From Eledone cirrhosa (taxonomy: Eukaryota): a stretch of 64,000 bases of DNA. Position numbers and translations under genes: made by a program. This document shows, one piece after another, positions 55,373 through 64,000 of the stretch. The notes beneath the pieces were generated by a model. The model did no database searches and was not told the DNA's origin. It was given only the letters and a program-made list of their open reading frames with translations. Numbering within the stretch: position 1 is the first letter of the stretch; each line of letters begins with the position of its first letter. The stretch spans positions 165,788,001-165,852,000 of the forward strand of contig OZ024742.1 of the NCBI GenBank assembly GCA_964016885.1, in the 5' to 3' direction.

Positions 55373-58300
55373 CAGTGGTCGCCAACATGGGTTCCGCGGA
55401 ACCTTAGGGTTCCGTAAAACAAACACCGGGTTCCTTAAAAAAATAAATATTTACATTACCATTAATATTTTGGGTTTTCTGAAAAAGGTGCAAAGAAAAT
55501 GCTAAAGGTGCAATGTATAAATGAACAAGTACTATTGTAGTGTACACAGGTTCCCCACTCCAATTCGTGGAAAACACTACTTTCAGTTTCTCACTTGAAT
55601 TAGCAGAAAACCACTCTTCTGAGATTCGTGGAAATTGAATACTTTCAATTTCACATCAATTCTTGGAAAGACATAGTTTTCTGAATTCCGAGAATTTGAC
55701 TACTACTGATAATACACTAATTGAACTTAGAAATTGACCAATCACGAACAAGTAAATGTTGGTCGATGACAGCATAACTTTAAACTGAAAACTTCAGTTC
55801 AGCGAGGTCTCTCAGCCAAGAGATAGGGTCAGTTCGCTGTTCTCACAACGTAAGTTCAGTAGAATGTTTTCAATAGAGAACACGTTTTAATCTGCTTCCC
55901 TCACAAAAGCTTTAAAGTCGTCTAAAGTTTCCTCACTGAGTGACCTGGCTTACTAGTCATTTTCAACATGCATCCAGTTCCACAGACAATTCTAAATAAG
56001 AACACGTTACATTCTGTTGTACTTTGCACAGAATATATAGCGCCTGTAAAGTTTCGACTACTAACAAAGGTAATTTTGTATTCCATGCATACACTATAAA
56101 CTTTGCCACGCAATTATGTATTCATTTGATGACATCTGCATTCACAATTGAGAAATTAATTTATATAATAAATATATATGTCCACAAACATTTGACTAAA
56201 CTTTATTTGTTCCAATCTAATATATGTTTAACGCAGCCTAAAGCCTTCTTATATTATATCTAACTTTGAGTCAAAATAGATAGAAGATATCTGAATTAAT
56301 TTCCAATACCATCGTCACATCTACACTATCAGCTGATTTGCATTTTTTGCACCTTTTAGTATGGCGGATATTTAAATATATTTACATTACCAATAATATT
56401 TAATACGACCCTAAAGTAGTATATGCAGGAAGTGCTGGACTCTGAAAAAAATGTCTTCTAGTTAACTGTATGATGTCTACTGATATGATGTCTACTGCAA
56501 AGAAGCTGAAGTTAGATACCAGCAGTAAGGTTAGACAGTGGTGTGATGATTATGTTAGATATGGATTTCAAAAAGCTGACACTAAAAAAGATACACCAGA
56601 TCAGCCCATGTGTGTGCTATGTTCAAAAGTTCTATCAAATAGCTGTTTAAATCCTGCAAAACTTGATACTAATCACACCAATGATAAAAACAAGTCACTG
56701 GAATACTTTACTTCGCTGAAAAACAACATTAAAAAATCACAAGCTAATATGTATGACTTGTTTTGTAAAAAGTCAGATAGAAATAAAGCTTTAACAAGAA
56801 CATCTTTTGAGATTTCACATTTGATTGGTAAAAACAAGAAACCATTTACATTAGGAGAAGAGTTAATTCTGCCAAGTATAAAAATTGCTACAGAGAATCT
56901 TTTTGAAAGCTGCAGTATTAAGGACAAAGAAAAATTAAGCCAGTTACCATTGTCAGCAAATACCGTAAAAAGAGGGATAATTGATATTTCTTCTGATATA
57001 GAAAATCAGATACTAACTGCACTAAAGAAAAGCCCATGTTTTGGACTGCAAGTGGACGAAACTACGAATATTAATAACAAGGCTCAATTAATTTGCTATG
57101 TACGGTTTGTAGACCTTGATAAAAAAGAATTAGTAGAAGAGTATTTGTTTTGTCTGACATTAGACATCACAACTAAAGGTCAAGATATATTCAATAAAAT
57201 TGAAGAGTATTTTTTAAAAATGTAGTAAGTTGACTTCAATAACAACAGATGGAGCAGCTGCAATGACTGGTAAAAATTCTGGTTTGATTGCAAAAATTAA
57301 AGAACAGACCCTAAATTGTATTTCAAACCATTGTATGATTCATCGAGAGGTTTTGTGTTAAAAAAAATTCAAAGACAGAAATGCTCAAATATTAAATAAC
57401 CAGCTGAAAGACATTGTCAAAATTATCAATTTGATCCATGCAAGAGCAAAAAATTATAGAATGTTTGAATCTATTTGTGAATCTTCTGGAAGTAATTATA
57501 ATAGATTGTTATTGAACAATGATGGCTGTCTTTTGGGGATGCTATGAAGAGAGTTTTTGAACTGAGAGAAGAAATAATAGTTTTCTAAAAAAACAGAATG
57601 ATGAAAGAGCAAGTGTATTAGAAACCAATGAATGGAATGTGCAACTCGCTTATTTAGTAGACATTTTTGGTGAACTGAACAAACTAAATAAGTGTCTTCA
57701 GGGTAACAATGCAGATAATTTTACTTCAATCAATTTTATTACATATTTTCAATCAAAATTAGACATCTTTATAAAAAGAATTGAATCGGACAATTACTTT
57801 CAAACCTTGAAATAGAGCTTAAAAAGAGAGAAAATTTTGATTCCAGCAATCTAAAGAAGATTATTCTTTCTCATTTAAATGTGCTTTCCACAGGTTTTTC
57901 AGATTATTTTGACTTGATGGAAAAATATATTGTTAGCGGAAATTTATGGATAAAAAACCCGTTCACCGAGATCGAGCAGTTAGTGTCAGAAAATGACGCT
58001 GGAAATTGTAAAAATTTACTACCTGCCCAATGCTTACATCAGTTGATGGATTTGAATTCAAACGAAGACCTGAAAGTGATATTCGAAAGCAGAAAGAAAG
58101 AACTATGGATCGACTTATTCTTGATTGGGGAGTTTAATGAAATCAGCCAACTTGCATTGAAGTATTTGACTTTATTCCCATCTAGCTATTTGTGCGAAAA
58201 AGGGTTTTCGCAGTTGGTGGAAATCTGCACAAAGAAGAGGAATAAACTGTCAGCAATTGACGAGTATATGAGACTGGCATTAACTAGTGTTGAACCTCGA

Positions 58301-58479
58301 TTTTCTAAATGAGGCGCAGCAGCAGAAAAGCCATTGTGTCCGAATACATACACACGCATGAAACACTAAAATAAATAAATACTTTATTTTTTTTTGAAAA
58401 GTTTTGTATTGTATAGGTTCCGTGAAAAATTCAAAATACTTAGAGGGTTCCTCGGTTTTAGAAAGGTTGGTGACCACTG
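55373..58479 (+). mobile_element. Full-length hAT (Buster/Charlie) DNA transposon
   Basis: TIR cagtggtcgccaac / gttggtgaccactg; perfect 8-bp TSD TTTTACAT with central TA; subterminal ggttccg repeats. Confidence 0.95.
56470..58312 (+). pseudogene. Disrupted Buster/ZBED5-like transposase
   Basis: BED-like YVRYGF..PMCVLC; KPFTLGEELILP; LSANTVKR; LQVDETT; TDGA; HCMIHRE; SSYLCEKGFS; broken by stops and frameshifts. Confidence 0.9.
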
Positions 58480-58659
58480 TTTTACATGATTCAACCCACA
58501 AGAGGTTATCAACATCATTAATGTTTCTACATCCATCTTTACATGCTTGCATAAGTTAAATAAGTTTTCTCCAATACTGTATCCTTTCACTTATTTCTTT
58601 CCTTAGTCATTCAACTTCTTTACGAAACTCAGTTTCTTGAGATCAGCTTTCACCATCTC

Positions 58660-58900
58660 AATCGATAGCATCAATCAATTGATACGGGGATTGTCTGGCC
58701 ACTTCCTCTTCACACTGGTCGCCGTCGAGACCTCAGGCATACTAGGATCCTATACTGCTGAGCTCTTCCGCAAGATCAAAACATCAGCAGCCCGACTGAG
58801 CAAGGAGCCACACAAGTGGGTGTTGCTGGTCATTGTCTGTGGAAATGCTTTTGTGGTCTTGTCTGTGTGGCGCGGCCCCAACACAGCCACTCCCTAGGAC
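58660..58900 (+). mobile_element. CRE-like non-LTR retrotransposon 3' remnant
   Basis: FTLVAVETSGILG...IVCGNAFVVL resembles the CRE RLE C-terminus F.P.AVET.G..G...QRGNA. Confidence 0.55.
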
Positions 58901-59368
58901 TAGAGCCCATCATCCTCCCTCTTCCCCCTCTCATTCTTCTGTAACCCTAAAGCCATTGCCCTTCCCTTCATTTTCCATTTTTAAATATCTGTAGTGTTGT
59001 TATTTGAAATAGATCTGTTTACGATTTTTTAAAATTTTTATTGATAAAACATTTATCTAATAGATTCATCTCACCAGCTGCAATTATGTACATGCCCATA
59101 TAATCATATACTACATTCTTAATAGTAGAATGGCAGACTTGTTAGGACATTGGATTAAATGCTTTGCAGTATTTCTTCCCTCTCTGCCCTCTAAGTGCAA
59201 ATATCTCTGCAGTCAATTTTTCCTGTCGTCAATTTGGGGTTAATAAAATAGCATACCAGTCCCTGACAGTAGGTTGATTGAATCGCTAGAAATTCAGATA
59301 AGATGTCTTGCAGTAACTGTTGCAGCGCTCGGTGTTCTGAGTTCAAAGTCCTCCTAGGGATTCAAATC

Positions 59369-62300
59369 CTACCCCATTCATATGGTTAATCACCCAACTA
59401 CAGGACTACAGTAGATTACGAATGCAGCAATAGGTCATGTAGAACTGTGACTGATGTCTACCCATTGCTAGGGTTAATCACCCAACTACAGGACTACAGT
59501 AGATTATGAATGCACAATAGGTCATGTAGAAGTGTGGCTGACTTCTGCCCATTTCTAGGGTTATCACCCAACTACAGGACTACAGCAGATTATGAATGCA
59601 GATATAGGTCATGTAGAACTGTGACTGACTTCTACACATTGCTATGGTTAATCACCCAGATATAGGTCATGTAGAACTGTGACTGACTTCTAACCATTGC
59701 TATGGTTAATCACCCAACTACAGGACTACAGTAGAATATGAATGCACAATAGGTCATGTAGAACTGTGACTGACTTCTACCCATTGCTATGGTTAATCAC
59801 CCAAATACAGGACTACAGTAGATTATGAATGCAACAATAGGTCATGTAGAACTGTGACTGACTTCTACCTATTGCTAGGGTTAATCTCTCAACTACAGGT
59901 CTACAGTCGATTATGAATGCAGATATAGGTCATATAGAACTGTGACTGACTTCTACCCATTGCTAGTGTTAATCACGCAACTAGAGGAATACAGTAGATT
60001 ATGAATGCAGATATAGGTCATGTAGCAGTGTGATTGACTTCTACACATTGCTATGGTTAATCACACAACTACAGGACCTAAGTAGGTTATGAATGCATAT
60101 ATAGGTCATGTAGAACTTTGACTGACTTCTATCCATTGCTAGGGTTAATCACGCAACTACAGGACTACAGTAGATTATGAATACAGATATAGGTCATGTA
60201 GAAGTGTGACTGACTTCTACACATTGCTATGGTTAATCACACAACTACAGGACCTAAGTAGGTTATAAATTCAGATATAGGTCATATAGCAGTGTGATTG
60301 ACTTCTACACATTGCTATGGTTAATCACCCAGATATAGGTCATGTAGAACTGTGACTGACTTCTACCCATTGCTAGGGTTAATCTCCCAACAACAAGACT
60401 ACAGTAGATTATGAATTCCGATATAGGTCATGTAGAACTGTGACTGACTTCTACCCATTGCTATGGTTAATCATCCAGATATAGGTCATGTAGAACTGTG
60501 ACTGACTTCTACTCATTGCTAGGGTTAATCACCCAACTACAGGACTATAATAGATTATGAATGCAGATATAGGTCATGTAGAACTGTGACTGACTTCTAC
60601 CCATTGCTAGGGTTAATCAACCAGCTACAGGACTATAGTAGATTATGAATGCAGATTAAGGTCATGTAGAACTGTGACTGACTTCTACCCATTACTAGGG
60701 TTAATCACCCAACTACAGGACTACAGTAGATTATGAATGAAGATATAGGTCATGTAGAACTGTGACTGACTTCTACCCATTGCTATGGTTAATCACCCAA
60801 CTACAGGATTACAGTAGATTATGAATGCAGATGAAGGTCATGTAGAACTGTGACTGACTTCTACCCATTGCTAGGGTTAATCACGCAACTAGAGGAATAC
60901 AGTAGATTATGAATGCAGATATAGGTTATGTAGAACTGTAACTGACTTCTAACAATTGCTAGGGTTAATCAACCAACTACAGGACTACAGTATATTATGA
61001 ATGCAGCAATAGGTGATGTAGAACTGTGACTGACTTCTACCCATTGCTAGGGTTAATCACGCAACTAGAGGAATACAGTAGATTATGAATGCAGATATAG
61101 GTCATGTAGAACTGTGACTGACTTCTAGCCATTTCTAGGGTTAATCACCCAACAACAGGACTACAATAGATTATGAATGCAGATATAGGTCATGTAGAAC
61201 TGTAACTGACTTCTAACAATTGCTAGGGTTAATCAACCAACTACAGGACTACAGTATATTATGAATGCAGCAATAGGTCATGTAGAACTGTGACTGACTT
61301 CTACCCATTGCTAGGGTTAATCACGCAACTAGAGGAATACAGTAGATTATGAATGCAGCAATAGGTCATGTAGAACTGTGACTGACTTCTACCCATTTCT
61401 AGGGTTAATCACCCAACTACAGGACTACAGCAGATTATGAATGCAGATATAGGTCATGTAGAACTGTGACTGACTTCTACACATTGCTATGGTTAATCAC
61501 CCAGATATAGGTCATGTAGAACTGTGACTGACTTCTAACCATTGCTATGGTTAATCACCCAACTAGAGGACTACAGTAGAATATGAATGCACAATAGGTC
61601 ATGTAGAACTGTGACTGACTTCTACCCATTGCTATGGTTAATCACCCAAATACAGGACTACAGTAGATTATGAATGCAACAATAGGTCATGTAGAACTGT
61701 GACTGACTTCTACCTATTGCTAGGGTTAATCTCTCAACTACAGGTCTACAGTCGATTATGAATGCAGATATAGGTCATATAGAACTGTGACTGACTTCTA
61801 CCCATTGCTAGTGTTAATCACGCAACTAGAGGAATACAGTAGATTATGAATGCAGATATAGGTCATGTAGCAGTGTGATTGACTTCTACACATTGCTATG
61901 GTTAATCACACAACTACAGGACCTAAGTAGGTTATGAATGCATATATAGGTCATGTAGAACTTTGACTGACTTCTATCCATTGCTAGGGTTAATCACGCA
62001 ACTACAGGACTACAGTAGATTATGAATACAGATATAGGTCATGTAGAAGTGTGACTGACTTCTACACATTGCTATGGTTAATCACACAACTACAGGACCT
62101 AAGTAGGTTATAAATTCAGATATAGGTCATATAGCAGTGTGATTGACTTCTACACATTGCTATGGTTAATCACCCAGATATAGGTCATGTAGAACTGTGA
62201 CTGACTTCTACCCATTGCTAGGGTTAATCTCCCAACAACAAGACTACAGTAGATTATGAATTCCGATATAGGTCATGTAGAACTGTGACTGACTTCTACC

Positions 62301-64000
62301 CATTGCTATGGTTAATCATCCAGATATAGGTCATGTAGAACTGTGACTGACTTCTACTCATTGCTAGGGTTAATCACCCAACTACAGGACTATAATAGAT
62401 TATGAATGCAGATATAGGTCATGTAGAACTGTGACTGACTTCTACCCATTGCTAGGGTTAATCAACCAGCTACAGGACTATAGTAGATTATGAATGCAGA
62501 TTAAGGTCATGTAGAACTGTGACTGACTTCTACCCATTACTAGGGTTAATCACCCAACTACAGGACTACAGTAGATTATGAATGAAGATATAGGTCATGT
62601 AGAACTGTGACTGACTTCTACCCATTGCTATGGTTAATCACCCAACTACAGGATTACAGTAGATTATGAATGCAGATGAAGGTCATGTAGAACTGTGACT
62701 GACTTCTACCCATTGCTAGGGTTAATCACGCAACTAGAGGAATACAGTAGATTATGAATGCAGATATAGGTTATGTAGAACTGTAACTGACTTCTAACAA
62801 TTGCTAGGGTTAATCAACCAACTACAGGACTACAGTATATTATGAATGCAGCAATAGGTGATGTAGAACTGTGACTGACTTCTACCCATTGCTAGGGTTA
62901 ATCACGCAACTAGAGGAATACAGTAGATTATGAATGCAGATATAGGTCATGTAGAACTGTGACTGACTTCTAGCCATTTCTAGGGTTAATCACCCAACAA
63001 CAGGACTACAATAGATTATGAATGCAGATATAGGTCATGTAGAACTGTAACTGACTTCTAACAATTGCTAGGGTTAATCAACCAACTACAGGACTACAGT
63101 ATATTATGAATGCAGCAATAGGTCATGTAGAACTGTGACTGACTTCTACCCATTGCTAGGGTTAATCACGCAACTAGAGGAATACAGTAGATTATGAATG
63201 CAGCAATAGGTCATGTAGAACTGTGACTGACTTCTACCCATTTCTAGGGTTAATCACCCAACTACAGGACTACAGTAGATTATGAATGCAGATATAGGTC
63301 ATGTAGAACTGTTACTGAATTCTACCCATTGCTAGGGTTAATCAACCAACTACAGGACTACAGTAGATTATGAATGCTGCAATAGGTCATGTAGAACTGT
63401 GACAGACTTCTACACATTTGTAGGGTTAATCACGCAACTAGAGGAATACAGTAGATTATGAATGCAGATATAGGTCATGTAGAACTGTGACTGACTTCTA
63501 CCCATTGCTAGGGTTAATCACGCAACTACAGGACTACAGTAGATTATGAATGCAGATATAGGTCATGTAGAACTGTGACTGACTTCTACCCATTTCTAGG
63601 GTTAATCACCCAACAACAGGACTACAGCAGATTATGAATGCAGCAATAGGTCATGTAGAACTGTAACTGACTTCTACCCATTGCTAGGGTTAATCAAACA
63701 ACTACAGGACTACAGTAGATTATGAATGCAGATATAGGTCATGTAGAAGTGTGACTGACTTCTACACATTGCTATGGTTAATCACACAACTACAGGACCT
63801 AAGTAGGTTATGAATGCAGATACAGGTAATGTAGAACTGTGACTAACTTCTACCCATTGCTATGGTTAATCACCCAACTACAGGACTACAGTAGATTATA
63901 AATTCAGATATGGGTCATGTAGAACTGTGACTGACTTCTACCCATTGCTATGGTTAATCACCCAACTACAGGAATACAGTAGATTATGAATGCAGCAATA
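59369..64000. repeat. 88-bp tandem satellite with 58-bp deletion variants, runs off the window end
   Basis: Unit GGTTAATCACCCAACTACAGGACTACAGTAGATTATGAATGCAGATATAGGTCATGTAGAACTGTGACTGACTTCTACCCATTGCTAG; ggtcatg at 60748 and 60836. Confidence 0.97.

Overview
AT-rich, repeat-dense eukaryotic DNA, most likely from an octopus or other coleoid cephalopod (inferred from the SINE and microsatellite landscape). The only host gene is the 3' part of WASHC5/strumpellin (KIAA0196): 12 phase-consistent GT-AG coding exons on the + strand from 11977 to 29789, giving about 463 C-terminal residues. The window opens with an 11 kb 56-bp satellite, probably intronic, and closes with an 88-bp satellite; both have higher-order duplications. 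A 61-bp array lies at about 44.5-45.5 kb. Mobile elements: a 5'-truncated but uninterrupted Penelope-like RT+GIY-YIG ORF, an R4/Dong-like RLE LINE inside a (CATA)n tract, RTE, CR1 and CRE-like fragments, a Gypsy LTR+gag fragment, a full-length decayed hAT/Buster with a perfect 8-bp TSD, two Helitrons, piggyBac-like and Tc1/mariner-like MITEs, and many tRNA-SINEs. The most notable signal is a set of type-I hammerhead ribozyme motifs read by eye: four with intact cores and four degenerate or variant. They belong to several unrelated sequence families, and each sits in a segment bordered by (TA)n microsatellites. One is a 651-bp tandem unit with two hammerheads (retrozyme/pLTR-like), antisense inside a WASHC5 intron. 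All family assignments come from motif recognition only; no searches were run.
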